DNA of 64,000 bases. Source: Octopus vulgaris (lineage: Eukaryota). Positions within the stretch are counted from its first letter, which is position 1, and every line of letters starts with the position of its first letter. Position numbers and translations under genes: made by a program. Below are positions 44,103 to 59,381 of the stretch, one piece after another. The notes below the pieces were generated by a model. It was given only the letters and a program-made list of their open reading frames with translations. It was not told the DNA's origin and ran no database searches. The DNA lies in NCBI GenBank assembly GCA_951406725.2, contig OX597816.1:58404001-58468000 (forward strand), given 5' to 3'.

Positions 44103-44638
44103 ACCAGGTAGTGGCTCTCATGGCTTCTGATCTTAACTGATTGAAAGTGTTATCATGTACATTGTTTTGTCTCGGTATAAAAGATGGGCTACAGCAAATA
44201 TTCTGCTCAATACCACAGATTTGCTTGTCAGTTGTTTGACCGTAACCAATTGAGCATTTCCCTTGGTGGTTGACGATATGTGCATCTCTGATCACAAGCA
44301 GAAGTAGTGGGGGAGCATCATAGCCATGTGTTGATAGGGATTGTTTGGGGTTTGAATAATTCACCTCTGGAACTATGGGTGTTTCGTTCAACATCTTTAA
44401 ACAACCCTTATTCAGAGACATTTTGAGTGGGTGGGCTACTCGACTTGAAGAAAATTCTAACTGGGCTCCACCTGTAAGGTCATGAGCTGTTTATCTTGAT
44501 ATGAGATCACCATGTTGCGCACATATGGTTGTGATGCATGTGCCTAGTGTACCCTTATCAGACGGGTAGTCATGATGGGTATACTGGGCTTCGTATATTT
44601 TACCCCAGTGTCACTTTGATGGCATGCACTGCTCTCTC
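44103..44638 (+). mobile_element. Unclassified non-coding retroposon-like repeat ending in (TAA)n
   Basis: Flanked by TAA arrays; second partial copy at 37118-37392; no protein motif recognised. Confidence 0.6.
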
Positions 44639-44799
<161 letters not shown>

Positions 44800-44822
44800 T
44801 AATAATAATGATAATAATAATG

Positions 44823-44887
<65 letters not shown>

Positions 44888-44997
44888 CGCTGAAAAGAAC
44901 GGATAGTATGATACTGTAAACTGCAGGTAGCAAGCCCGCTATGCCTGCAAGACTCCAGGAGCTCCAACAAAACCTGTGATAAAGAGAAATAATAATA

Positions 44998-45415
44998 ACA
45001 TTTTCTTTATTGGCCACAAGGGCCGAACATAGAACAAAATGGACAATACAAAACAAGGGATAAGTGGGACTTAGCACAAAACACGAATATACAATAAAAA
45101 AAACAATAATTAACAAAATTTAAACGATAAAATTCCACCAAATGGGGTGGCGAGTTCTACCAGCGCCAGTCATGGAACCCTGCACATCCTGGTCACTCCG
45201 ATCGTCAAGGGCACCCCAAGCAGTCACCTCACACCTTCTCATCTTCTCCAGCCTACGGGCGTATGTTCACATGGATCGTCCTCGCCACATTCACTCACCT
45301 TTCAACAAAAATACTGGGGGACAGAACTTCCCACTCCTCCTCACCATTTCAAGTGGAACTTCCACATGTCCCCATCCAAACTAATCAAAACGTGCCATAA
45401 CAAAGGGTCCCTAAT
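44998..45415 (-). mobile_element. Probable L1/Tx1-clade LINE 3' end
   Basis: Minus-strand relic KFHLK...EVLSPSIFVER*VNVAR, recalled as an L1/Tx1 ORF2-like C-terminus, then a UTR ending GGCCCTTGTGGCCAATAAAGAAAA. Confidence 0.55.
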
Positions 45416-45429
45416 ACTGTACATATATT

Positions 45430-45872
45430 TACTTCTTTATTGCCCACAAGGTGGGGGCTAAACATAGAGGGGACAGACAAAGGGAATAAGTCGATTACAT
45501 CGACTCAGTGCGTAACTGGTCCTTATTTGATCGACCCCAGTGCGTAACTGATGATTATTTAATCGACCCCGAAAGAATGAAAGGTAAAGTCGACCTTGGC
45601 AGAATTTGAACTCAGAACGTAACGGCAGACGAAATACCTATTTCTTTACTACCCACAAGGGGCTAAACACAGAGAGGACAAGCAAGGACAGACAAACGGA
45701 TTAAGTCGATTACATCGACTTCAGTGCGTAACTGGTACTTAATTTATCGACCCCGAACGGATGAAAGGCAAAGTCGACCTCGGCGGAATTTGAACTCAGA
45801 ACATAAAGACAGACGAAATACTGCTAAGCATTTCGCCCGGCGCGCTAACGTGTCTGCCAGCTCGCCACCTTA
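45430..45872 (-). mobile_element. SINE family B dimer
   Basis: Two central domains and two tails; eroded TSD ATACTGTA(C/A)AT(A/C)TATT on both sides. Confidence 0.88.
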
Positions 45873-46750
45873 TACTGTAAATCTATTGTATATTAAATGA
45901 TGGCTGGGGGCTCAAAGCGCAATACTATTCATTAAAGTAGAGTTAAATTTAGTAAACAATCAAATGTAAACAAACATAAGAGACTTAATAATTGACTGGT
46001 ATTGCGAATGACTGGAAGCACTATTAAACTGAATTAGCCTCTGCTATTCGCAACACCAAAGAATGTTTTCCACTATTTTCCTATATATTGGAGGCGACAA
46101 ATCTTGCTTAAGCATGTATTGGCTGCAAGTACAATACATAACGAGGCCCAACAAGGCTGAAGTGCCTTTGGCGTTCTCCGTTAGCCGCTGCTGGGACGAC
46201 TTTGTCTCCCTTCGATACATATTGTTTTCTAAAACACAGCCTGTTCATAAGAGATGTTATCTCTGAATGATTATCTTCGTGAAATTTATTCCCCAGCGAT
46301 GTATGTACGTAAGCTAGGGTACATTGATAGCTATTTTAATCTAATACTGCTTCCATTGCATAAAGCGGATTTTTATTCAGCTGGGCGGTCATTAGCAACA
46401 TCAGTAAATGTTTATTTACCGTTTACCTATAAATCGGTGACAACAAATCTTGTTTAAGTGTGTATTGGCTGTATGTACACGCCATTGACATGGTTCAGTG
46501 AAATCGAAATACATCCGACGTTTACGCCGGCTGTTGCTGGGCGACTTTTGTCTCCTTCCGTATGTTACATATATATATGTTATATCTTGATACTGTGTAG
46601 AATAAGATCCCCGTTGACAGACTGCTGGTATTTATAGTGTTAAACATTTTCGGTATGCAAATTAGGGACTCCTTCATAGAGTATCTGTTGCATTTGGTGA
46701 GGATACAAACAGTTTGGCTGCTTGTTTCTCTGGAGACTGTCAGAATGATG

Positions 46751-46804
46751 TAGACGCCTCTGATGAGAACCCAATAACGCTCGAAAATCGATTAAGATTG
46801 TCTA
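46751..46804 (+). ncRNA. Minimal type-I hammerhead ribozyme (same family as 39008-39050)
   Basis: TAGACgcct-CTGATGA-GAACCcaataaCGCTC-GAAA-ATCGAT-TA-agattGTCTA; outer stem I TAGAC/GTCTA; stem II partly decayed. Confidence 0.72.
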
Positions 46805-46902
46805 TAATTTTTTCAGTCTACGGAGAAATGGCTAAAATTTGTCCTGTTTATAATTATACCATATGTTACACACACACACACACACACACACACGCATATA
46901 TA

Positions 46903-47178
46903 TAAGGAGAGAAAATAAAGAATGTGTAGGGGTTAGCGAACTATCATATATATATATATATGATAGTTCGCTAGCCACTACACATTCTTTATATATATGA
47001 TAGTTCGCTAGCCACTACACATTCTTTATTTTCTCTCCTTGTTTTTTTGTGTTCCTTTCTGTGGAAGAGCGTAGGCTCGAAACGTTAAAGACTCTTTCAC
47101 TTCCCGAGCGTTAAACTAATACATCTGTTTGTTGTGTACACCACCTGCCTTTGTCTTTTGTATTTTTTTGTGAATTCT

Positions 47179-47185
<7 letters not shown>
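46903..47185 (+). mobile_element. Penelope-like pseudo-LTR remnant with inverted plus tandem partial copies
   Basis: AAGGAGAGAAAATAAAGAATGTGTAG...GCGAACTATCA is followed by two reverse-complement copies, then a hammerhead-like motif, ending in (TA)n. Confidence 0.7.
47055..47090 (+). ncRNA. Minimal hammerhead-like motif (A6U variant, extra A)
   Basis: CTTT-CTGTGGA-A-GAGC-gtag-GCTC-GAAA-CGTT-AAAG; stems I and II pair. Confidence 0.55.
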
Positions 47186-47210
<25 letters not shown>

Positions 47211-47214
<4 letters not shown>

Positions 47215-47515
47215 AAATAAGCAACAAGGATATCCAAGGTAGAGTAGTACAATTGTTTCATGTTACTTCATTTTATTAAACACTGTAAGTATTACATCAG
47301 TTTTAAAATGTCGAGCAATCTTCAGCCACATACAGCTTTTTTTCAATTAAACGGACAATCCACATTCTTATACTTATTTCTACCTTGGATGTCCTTGTTG
47401 CTTATTTTGATTATAATCATCCCTTTTGATTTATATGGATAATACCATACAAAATTCTGGTGCCTTTAACTTAAGTATCATATTCATCTGAATCTAAATT
47501 TTGCTGAACTTCTAT
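47211..47515. mobile_element. Insert with a 32-bp inverted repeat in (TA)n; Penelope-like remnant
   Basis: ATCAAAATAAGCAACAAGGATATCCAAGGTAG (47211-47242) is inverted at 47380-47411 with one mismatch. Confidence 0.7.
47244..47329 (-). ncRNA. Type-I hammerhead-like motif with a long stem II region
   Basis: Minus strand GTGG-CTGAAGA-(about 59 nt)-GAAA-CAATTG-TA-CTAC; stem I GTGG/CTAC, palindromic stem III, GUA triplet; stem II closure imperfect. Confidence 0.55.
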
Positions 47516-47654
47516 ATATATATTGTTGTTGTTGAATACAGTATGTTCATAGATGTTATCTCTGGATGATTACCTCAGTAAAATTGCCTTTCAACGATGC
47601 ATTTACATGTTGTAGGATAGACGGATGGCTATGTCTTTCATTTTTTTTTTATCT

Positions 47655-48050
47655 TTTAATTATTTCAGTCATCGGAACACGACGATGCCGGAGCAGCACC
47701 CTGAAAGGTTTTATCCCAATAAATCGCCCCCAGTACTTCTGTTTCGAAAATCTATTACTTATTCTATCAGTCTTTTCTGCCGAACCGCTACGTTACAGAG
47801 GATGTAAACAGGCCAACACTGATTGTCGAGCGACGGTGGGCAATAAACACAAACACAAACACAAATACACACATACATACATACATACATATCCGTATAT
47901 AAACAACCGCCTTCTTTAAAGCTTTCGTCTACTAAAGTCACTTACAATGTATTGGTCGGCCCAGGGTTACAGTAGAAAGCACTTGTCCACGCCATCGCGT
48001 ATTGTAACTGAACCCAAAATAATGTGGTTGCAATTCCAGCTTCTTAACCC
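47655..48050 (-). mobile_element. SINE family A, degenerate
   Basis: Reverse complement family A motifs. Confidence 0.7.
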
Positions 48051-48525
48051 CTTATTTACACACGTCACTCTACTTAATATAGTAAACAGTTCCTACTTCG
48101 GCCAAATCCATTAGAGCCGGCAGCTGCCTTTTCTGAAAATCACCTTCCCCAAATCTCTTTACCATGGAAAACTGTTTTGTTGAAATAAGGGATCTGGCGA
48201 AACCATTCCACAGATGGCAAAACCATTCCTGTTCATTCACTCTACGTTCGTTCTAGTATTTGCTAATATTGTTGTTGTTGTTGTTGCTGTAGTTGCTAGT
48301 GGTGTTGTTTCTTATGCGTTTCTTTTTTATTTTTACATTTTATTTATTTATTCATTTATTTACTTATTTCGTCCTTAATGCTATACGCTGACAAGTCAAA
48401 ACACTGAAACTATAGCTACACACATATAATTACATATATACATACATAAATGTATGTACACACACACACACACATACACACACACACACAAAAAAATATA
48501 TATGTATATATACGTACATATATAC

Positions 48526-48581
<56 letters not shown>

Positions 48582-49298
48582 TATATACTTGTGTGTATAT
48601 ATTTGTATATGTATGTATATATATATATGTATGTGTGTGTGTGTGTGTCCCCGCGTGTATGTATATATGTATATACATATGTGAGTGCATATATGTGTGT
48701 AACGGCGGTTGCGTGTCAATGTATGTGTGTGTATGCGCGTACGCGTGCGTGTGCGCGTCTATGCGTGGTGCGTGCGCACGCGCGTGTGCGTGCAGGTGCG
48801 TGTGTCCGTGTGTGTGTGTCTGTGTGCGTAATAATGCGCTTCGCCGCACAAACCAACCAGCCAGCCAGCCAGCTAGCCAACAAACCTACCAGCCAACCAT
48901 AATTTACGAAATGACGTAAACAATGGCTATATTGCTGAAAAGTCAACGAGTGTAGACAGCTGCGCAATTTTAATTGACATGTGAGAAAGGTCACTGTATC
49001 ATTTGATAAGCCCAGCTAGTAGTATTGTTACAAGGTACTCGATCACCAATGCTGGCTGAGTTTCTGGTGGAGAGTTCTTCGAATAGGAAAGCACTACTTA
49101 CCAAATATTTAGGCAATCAGGACTGGCAGGCCATGATATCTTCAGAATGTAAGTCATTCCTGTAGAGGATTTTAGGGTTAAAGAACCTGTTTGATCCTGC
49201 GCAACAATTCCGTTGGTTGTTGCACTTGTTGACAAATAATACTTGTCAAGTTTAGACCTTTATATGTGGGTATGTGTGTGTGTGTATGCATCTATGTG

Positions 49299-49392
<94 letters not shown>

Positions 49393-49395
<3 letters not shown>

Positions 49396-49545
49396 GCTGT
49401 GTGGTAAGTTGCTTGCTTACCAACCACATGGTTCCGGGTTCAGTCCCACTGCGTGGCACCTTGGGCAAGTGTCTTCTACTATAGCCTCGGGCCGACCAAA
49501 GCCTTGTGAGTGGATTTGGTAGACGGAAACTGAAAGAAGCCCGTC

Positions 49546-49598
<53 letters not shown>

Positions 49599-49830
49599 GT
49601 GTGTGTGTGCGTGTATGTTTTTGTGTCTGTGTTTGTCCCCCAAGCATTGCTTGACAACCGATGCTGGTGTGTTTATGTCCCCGTCACTTAACGGTTCGGC
49701 AAAAAGACCGATAGAATAAGTTACTGGGCTTACAAAGAATAAGTCCCGGGGTCAAGTTGCTCAACTAAAGGCGGTGCTCCAGCATGGCCGCAGTCACCTA
49801 ACTGAAACAAGTAAAAGAGTAAAAGAGTAT
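49393..49830 (+). mobile_element. SINE family A, near consensus
   Basis: Head, internal (TA)n(TG)n, tail GTAAAAGAGTAAAAGAGT. Confidence 0.92.
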
Positions 49831-49992
49831 ATATATATATATATATATATCAACACCTATCTATATATCTATTTATCTAGCTATCTATATATTTATGTAT
49901 GTATGTAACTGTGTGTGTGTGCATGTATATTTTTGAAAACTGTCCGACGAACGGGAACAGTTTTTGTGATATTTTTGCTGCTTTTTAATATA

Positions 49993-50051
<59 letters not shown>

Positions 50052-50052
50052 A

Positions 50053-50102
<50 letters not shown>

Positions 50103-50637
50103 GTATGTGTATGTGTGTATGACGGGTTTGTGCATGTGTATGTTTGTGATAGTGTGATTATGTATGCGTGTGCTTATGTATGTCTGTGCCTGTATAGATG
50201 TGTGTGTGCGCGTGTGTTGAAAGAAACGGAAATAAAATCACAGTTTTTGCCAGTAAAAATGTCACAGCAAAAATGTCACATTTCATTTAACCACCATAAA
50301 TACTAATTAAAGTAATTAATTATTATTTTAAGTCGTTAATTAACTGACAGTGAAGGACTTGTGTACTTAATTACATACACTGCAGTGTCCTTAATTGGGG
50401 CGAGGGATTTACTGCTAGTTTTTAGACAGTGGTGTTTAAGGAGCTGGGCAAACGGCTTGGTTTAGGGGGAGTTGGTAGGCAAACCCCATGATTTGGGGAT
50501 CAGGCATACAGCCTAGTTGGTGGAAGGGTAGATAAACACTCTGGTGTAGGGCGTTGGGTAAAAACACGGGTTGGAGTGGGTAGGGAAACACCAATTCTAG
50601 ATAAGGGTGTTTCAGCAGTTAGGCAAACATTGCAGAC

Positions 50638-51065
50638 CAGAGGTTCTCAACAAGAGTCCACACGACCCTTGGGGCTCCATATAGAGTTTTCTTACTAAAG
50701 TTTATCTGCAATAAATTACTTCTACAATATACAAAATATTTTTTTCTACTGTAGGTACAAAGCCCGAAATTTTGGGGGAGGGAGCCAGTCGATTAGATCG
50801 ACTCCAGTACGCAACTGGTACTTAATTTATCGACCTCGAAAGGATGAAAGGCAAAGTCGATCGCGGCGGAATTTGAACTCAGAACGTAGCGGCAGACAAA
50901 ATACCGCTAAGCATTTTGCCCGGCGTGCTAACGTTTCTGCCAGCTCGCCGCCTTCCAATATACAAAATATTTTAACAATTTTTTGTACAATTCTTATTAA
51001 TATTAAATTATAAAATTGTACTGGCATTTTTTCAAATATCGAATAGCTTTAAGGGTCCATCCGGG
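50638..51065. mobile_element. Possible hAT (Charlie-type) MITE remnant hosting a SINE
   Basis: Starts CAGAGGTTCTCAAC, like the CAGTGGTTCTCAA hAT terminus; no matching right end seen. Confidence 0.4.
50743..50955 (-). mobile_element. SINE family B with 18-bp TSD
   Basis: TSD CAATATACAAAATATTTT at 50725-50742 and 50956-50973. Confidence 0.95.
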
Positions 51066-51221
51066 TAAAGTAGGTATCACTTATAGATAAAAATAGGGAG
51101 CTAAGCAGGCTGTTATTCGAGACCAGGAGTCACCAAAGTGGGTCTTCAGACGCCATAGAAATCGGTGAGGAATTAGAGGGATGGTGGTGGTTGATAATAG
51201 CCAAGGGGTCGAATGACCAGC

Positions 51222-51810
51222 TTACCCAGATGAACTGCTTGAAATAGTCAGCGCCGTGAAACTTGGGTTAATATGATAAATTTTCACTGCAGCGAGAAGT
51301 CTGCTGTTTCTAACGTTCAAGGCCTGATTTCGTAATCTGTATCGTAATCGAAGACTGAGAGGCGTGGTTGAGGGGATGCGGTCTGTCAAGTATTTGCTTA
51401 TGGGAATGATCAGGCTTGTTAGGGGTGATAAGATATTAAATACATATCTCATAAACGTTTTTGCTAGCATCAGTACCCGGTACGTATTCAAGATGTGGTA
51501 CGGTGGGGGTAGGGTATTAAGATATTTTAAACGCGGAAGGCGATCGATGCGGAAGGAGAAGTGGCTAAAAGGGGTCGATGGTCGAAAAGGTTTGGCGACC
51601 CCTGTTCTAGACAATGACGCTAAAATACGAAGACTGATGACTTCCAGTTTTTCCACTCCAGAAGACTGACACCTGGAGAAAATGGTTTGTAAGTGGCCTG
51701 GATACATATGGCTGATGGGAAGAGAAGAGACACAGAGCCCGAGTGCGAGATGAAAGTATGTCTGTAGGTCGACAGTTTGGTGTGTGTTGGGGAGTAATTC
51801 CATATCAACT
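51222..51810 (-). pseudogene. Non-repetitive coding-like relic, possibly a LINE ORF2 post-RT region
   Basis: 193-codon open frame of normal complexity; TKLSTYR.TFI and LEVISLRIL loosely resemble Jockey/I-group thumb motifs. Confidence 0.35.
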
Positions 51811-51923
51811 AGTTAGGTGGCTTTTTTTACTCGTTGGCTGGGCGCTCACTGCAAGCTGTTAATGCTGAGTATTATGTGTGACAATGTCGTAGTGTATTTA
51901 TGTATATGTGTGTGTGAGAGTGT

Positions 51924-51974
<51 letters not shown>

Positions 51975-52455
51975 TGTGTGTGTGTGTATGTGTATGTGTG
52001 CGTGCGTGTGAGTGAGTGTGTCTGTGTTTGCGTTTGTGTGTTAATGTGGAGGCGGTAATTTGTTTTATGCAGTTAGCTCATACTCATTGATAAAAAATTT
52101 TAAACGGGCCATAAAAGGGCCAATCCCAATGGTGGTGGGTTATGTACAATAAGAAGAGAAAGTCTACATGGAACAGTTTCACACATGACATTTTTGCGGC
52201 AAGGTCGGTGTAGAAAGGGCAACACCGTTGACCATTTGGCCTTTTGACTTTTAGACCTTTTTTTGACGAATCACTGACACAGCTGGAAGAAAGGGTTGAA
52301 GTTATTCTCAGACAACAGGACCTGAGCTATAGTAAAATCTCCGAAGGTTAATTCTCACAAAGTTTGCTACCATATATAAAGCCCCTAGTCAGAATAATCA
52401 GTCTACATGAAACAGTTTCACGCAAGACACCAACAATTCTGCCAACTCGCCGCCT

Positions 52456-52529
<74 letters not shown>

Positions 52530-52571
52530 ATACTACTACTACCACTACTGATGATGATGATGATGATGATG

Positions 52572-52636
<65 letters not shown>

Positions 52637-52689
52637 TGTTGTTGTTGTTGTCGTCGTCGATGCAGTCCTTCGGTTATATAGTATTGGTG

Positions 52690-53010
52690 TTGTGCTTCTA
52701 ATGCAGCCACGACATCTGGTGCCGGATGAGAAGCACTTTGGGCTCTTCTATATAAAAGTGTTTTCCTATTCTTCATACCATTCTTACTTTCTAAAGACTT
52801 TTCTGGATAATTCTTGCTGCACCAAGGAAATATATTCTGTGTGTTGCACCCACTCCTGAATTAAGGCTTACTTCACCAAAGTACAAGGCTCTCACATCCA
52901 CTTACCAAGTGGGTCACACTCTTTCCGCACTCTTTCCACTGTCAGCATATCTGGGTATCAGAAGTTTTATAGATGTCATAATTCACTGAATTGGTTACGA
53001 GAGCCTGGTC
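52690..53010 (-). mobile_element. Highly decayed R4/Dong-type fragment
   Basis: Minus-strand relic near 52890-52960 resembles a CCHC knuckle (..SVTHLVSGCESL); between triplet arrays. Confidence 0.5.
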
Positions 53011-53043
53011 TTGTGCAGTAATGATTATTATTATTATTATTAT

Positions 53044-53260
53044 TCAGTGGTTTTATTTTTGTAACGTGCTTTCACTTCACTACCGAGCGCAGCTCTGTGT
53101 GCCTTCGGTATGTCCTGTGATTTGTTGTGATGCTCCGATGGTTACTGTATTGAAAGTGTTCTGCGTAGGATGTGTGCAGTGCCCAGTAGTGCAGTTTTCT
53201 GTATGTTATATGTGTTTGTAAGTCCTGGTGTTTTTGTTATGCATTTGTCTGAATATTTTT
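53044..53260 (-). mobile_element. R4/Dong-type LINE 3' end (same subfamily as 35417-35755)
   Basis: Reverse complement of about 35540-35755; (TTA)n on both sides. Confidence 0.88.
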
Positions 53261-53297
53261 ATTATTATCATCATCATCATCATCATCATCACCATCA

Positions 53298-54885
<1,588 letters not shown>

Positions 54886-54904
54886 ATTATTATTATCATC
54901 ATCC

Positions 54905-54935
<31 letters not shown>

Positions 54936-54962
54936 TATTATTATTATTATTATAATTATTAC

Positions 54963-55040
<78 letters not shown>

Positions 55041-56221
55041 GTGTATAAGGGAATCAGTCTAGAGACTGTATTTATCATAAAACGGAAAAAATAAAATAAA
55101 ATAGATAAAAAAAAATATTTAAAAATAATTTAAGCGCAGTCAGCTGAAACGAATTCCACAAGCTTCTATTTTATGCTAAACAGTAAAACAACCTATCTAT
55201 TGCATTAACCTGAACATTGGTCCACTCTAGAAATGGCATTTACACATCAGAATTCTTGTGTTTTATCTCTGAGTTAAGTGATGAAACACACGCACACGCA
55301 CACGCACACACACACGGACATACTTTTAAATAGAAGACTATGTTTCGTTACAAACATATACACATAAACATACTTCCACGTAAGGCTACGTAAACATCCA
55401 GTACTCTTTCACCGGTTTTTATTTATTTAGAGAAGCCAGAAGAGGTTAAAAATCCTGGGAATTTCAGAATGGAACCAGAGTTCTTCACCTCTTCACGTTC
55501 TTCCTGGAAACATATGTTATGTAAGGTCACCAGCTGCGATTAGCAGAAATACAAGTTATTCCTTGGAAATCAGAATAGCAAGATCTTCGCCTTCCACCCT
55601 TCTACCCTCTCTCTCGCTTCTTCTTCTTCTTCTTGCTGTTGTGGTCGTGTTGAGGTGAAGTATTGTTTGATATCGCTTATCAAGAATGGAAAGCGAAACC
55701 TGGCTGCGTCAGCTTTCGTCTTCGTTCATGTTAAAGAAAGCTTGATTGTTCTGGCATTTTTGTTTTTTCGCAAAAGATTTTCCCATTCCCGTTGGAAACA
55801 GAATTGGCACAGCTTACCAAATATTCTTGAGTGTTGACGGAGGAAAAAATATTTTGGGATCCTAAAGCCTGAGAAAACTCTAAATCTATTTTACCATTTT
55901 TGTAAATGTTTTTGCGAATGTGAATCATTCACGATGGACAGTTGAAATAAAGAGAAGGAATGTGAAACCACGCACGGCACACACTGCCGCCGCAACCACC
56001 ACCACCGCCACCACCACCGCCACCACCACCGCCACCACCACCACCACCGCTTCCTACATAACATGAAAACAGCAACAATAATAACATAAACATTAATCTC
56101 GTTTACGGCAGCGTTGTACTTTAAAGAATTTGAATTAACAGTTTCCGATTTAGACACAAAGCCAGCAGTTTTGAGGCGGGGGTGGGGGAGAATGCTTAGT
56201 GAATACTGTACGACTTCCAGC

Positions 56222-56587
56222 ACGCGTGGCTGTGTGGTAAGGAGATTGCTTCTCAACCACATAGTTCCGGGTTCAGTCCCACTGCATGGCACCTTGGGCG
56301 TCTTCTGCTATAGCCTAAAGCCGATCAAAGCCTTGTGTGTGGTATTGGTTGACGGAAACTGGAAGAAGCCCGTCGTCTATATATATTCTTTTATTTTTTT
56401 ACTTGTTTCGGTCATTTGGCTGCCGCCATGCTGGAGCACTGCCTTTAGTCGAACAAATCGACTCCAGGACTTCCTCTTTGTAAGCCTAGTACTTATTCTA
56501 TCGGTCTCTTTTGCTGAACCACTAAGTTACGTAAACACACCTACATCGGTTGTCAAGCGATGGTGGGGAGACAAACACAGACACACA

Positions 56588-56646
<59 letters not shown>

Positions 56647-56791
56647 GGCGGGCTTCTTTCAGTTTCCGTCTACTAAATCCACTCACAAGGCTTTGGTCGA
56701 CTCGAGGCTATTGTAGAAGACATTTGCCCAAGGTGCCACGCAGTGGGACTGAACCCTGAACCATCTGGTTGGGAAGCAAGTTTCTTACCAC

Positions 56792-56848
<57 letters not shown>

Positions 56849-57050
56849 TACCTCTACTCTGCTTGAGAAACGCTGTTGGTGTGTTTACATCCACATTGCT
56901 TAGCGGTTCGGTAAAAGAGACTGATATAATAAATATCAGGCTGGAAGTAATAAGCACTGGGGCCAACTCATTTGATTAAATTTTTTTTCATGGCGGTGCC
57001 CCAGCATGGCCACAGTCTAATGACCGAAACAGGTGAAATGGTAAAAGTAA
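56222..57050 (+). mobile_element. SINE family A containing an antiparallel family A copy (56385-56790)
   Basis: Plus-strand head to GAAGCCCGTCG (about 56376), a whole minus-strand copy, (TG)n, then the plus-strand tail from about 56860. Confidence 0.85.
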
Positions 57051-57426
57051 AGGTCGGGAATGTGTCGCTGAGATAATTGTTTCCCATTTCGACACACAAG
57101 TGGGCCATTGGCCGATACTGGCAAAGACCGACACTAGGCTCGAACTTACTTCATCGAATTCTCGGAAAGATTAAAGCCAAAGCTGACACACACACACATA
57201 CACATACACGCACACATATATATATATATACATATATGTGTGTGTGTGTGTGTGTTTATGTTTGTTTGTATGTATGTATGCATGCATGTATGTATGTTGT
57301 CAGATTCACGGTTATAGATTAAAAATCTTGACTCTCCGACTTCTTGCTTTGAATTCTTTATCGAAAGAAACCTGACAATGTTCTTTGAAATCGGCTACTT
57401 CTGTAAAATTCACACTTGCCTGCACG

Positions 57427-57469
<43 letters not shown>

Positions 57470-57506
57470 ACACACATCTATATGTATGTGTGTGTATATA
57501 TATAAT

Positions 57507-57543
<37 letters not shown>

Positions 57544-57550
57544 CATATAT

Positions 57551-57743
57551 CTCGTGAGTACCGCCAGCGATTTTTTTCCTCTGTCTTCCCTTCTCGGGAT
57601 CTTTCCTTCTCCTATGTTTCCGACGAAGAGCTCCGCTCGAAATGCTAAACCCTCCTTCATCCCTTCTTTCCTGAGCGTCCAATAATACTTTATTTGTTCC
57701 ACGTTCTCGCGTTGCTGTGTTTTTTGTGTCTTCTTGTTTGGAT

Positions 57744-57750
<7 letters not shown>
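57551..57750 (+). mobile_element. Penelope-like 3' remnant with a decayed hammerhead motif (57616-57650)
   Basis: GTTT-CCGACGA-A-GAGC-tcc-GCTC-GAAA-TGCT-AAAC, then TTCCTGAGCGT..AATAATAC like 47101-47122; sits in CA/TA repeats. Confidence 0.6.
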
Positions 57751-57789
<39 letters not shown>

Positions 57790-57993
57790 GTATGTATGTG
57801 CATGTGCAAGTGTGCACAGGCCTAAAAATCTATACATGTATGCTGTGGAAATACTTGCCGTTATTGTATGAGAAAGACATATTTAAGCGGAATAATTCTA
57901 AAATGTTTTTTAATTTAGAAACTGAATAAATCCAAAAGAACATACATACATACATATATATATACATACACACATACATACATTCATACATAC

Positions 57994-58102
<109 letters not shown>

Positions 58103-58607
58103 AAGATGCCCTCACTTCCCCATATATATATGTATACACACAACGTGTGTGCGTGTGTCTGTGTGTATATATGTGGAGGTGTGTGTGTGCATATATGGAG
58201 GTGTGTGTGTGTGTGAGTGTATACACATGTGAACATTACACACAAAAGGGCATTTAATCTCCAAAGCACTTAAGTTACCGTATATCAAATAACAGGCATT
58301 TAGAGACCACAATCTCATTACCCTACAGTTAATAAAATAACAGCACATTATTTGTTGGTATAACTATATGTGTATTATAATGTTGTTGTTGTTGTTGTTG
58401 TTGTCATCGCCCCTGCTGTTTAGCCATAGGACAGCCCTCATCCGGTACATCTATAATCAAAGCTGTTCGCAGCCTTGACTATCAAATTTCCTTTTCGCAC
58501 ATAATGATTCTACGATTGTATTTTGAGAATATTACTCCGCTTTTTAATATATACATACATACATATACATATATATGTTTATATATACACATACATATAT
58601 ACATACA

Positions 58608-59230
<623 letters not shown>

Positions 59231-59261
59231 CATATTCATGTATATATATATACATATATAC

Positions 59262-59299
<38 letters not shown>

Positions 59300-59345
59300 C
59301 ATATATATACACATACACACACACACGTACACACACAGAAATACT

Positions 59346-59381
<36 letters not shown>

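Larger units (their letters stand above)
46096..47630 (+). repeat. Old tandem duplication (346-bp period) split by later insertions
   Basis: 46096-46222 resembles 46442-46567; 46241-46330 resembles 47543-47630. Confidence 0.75.
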
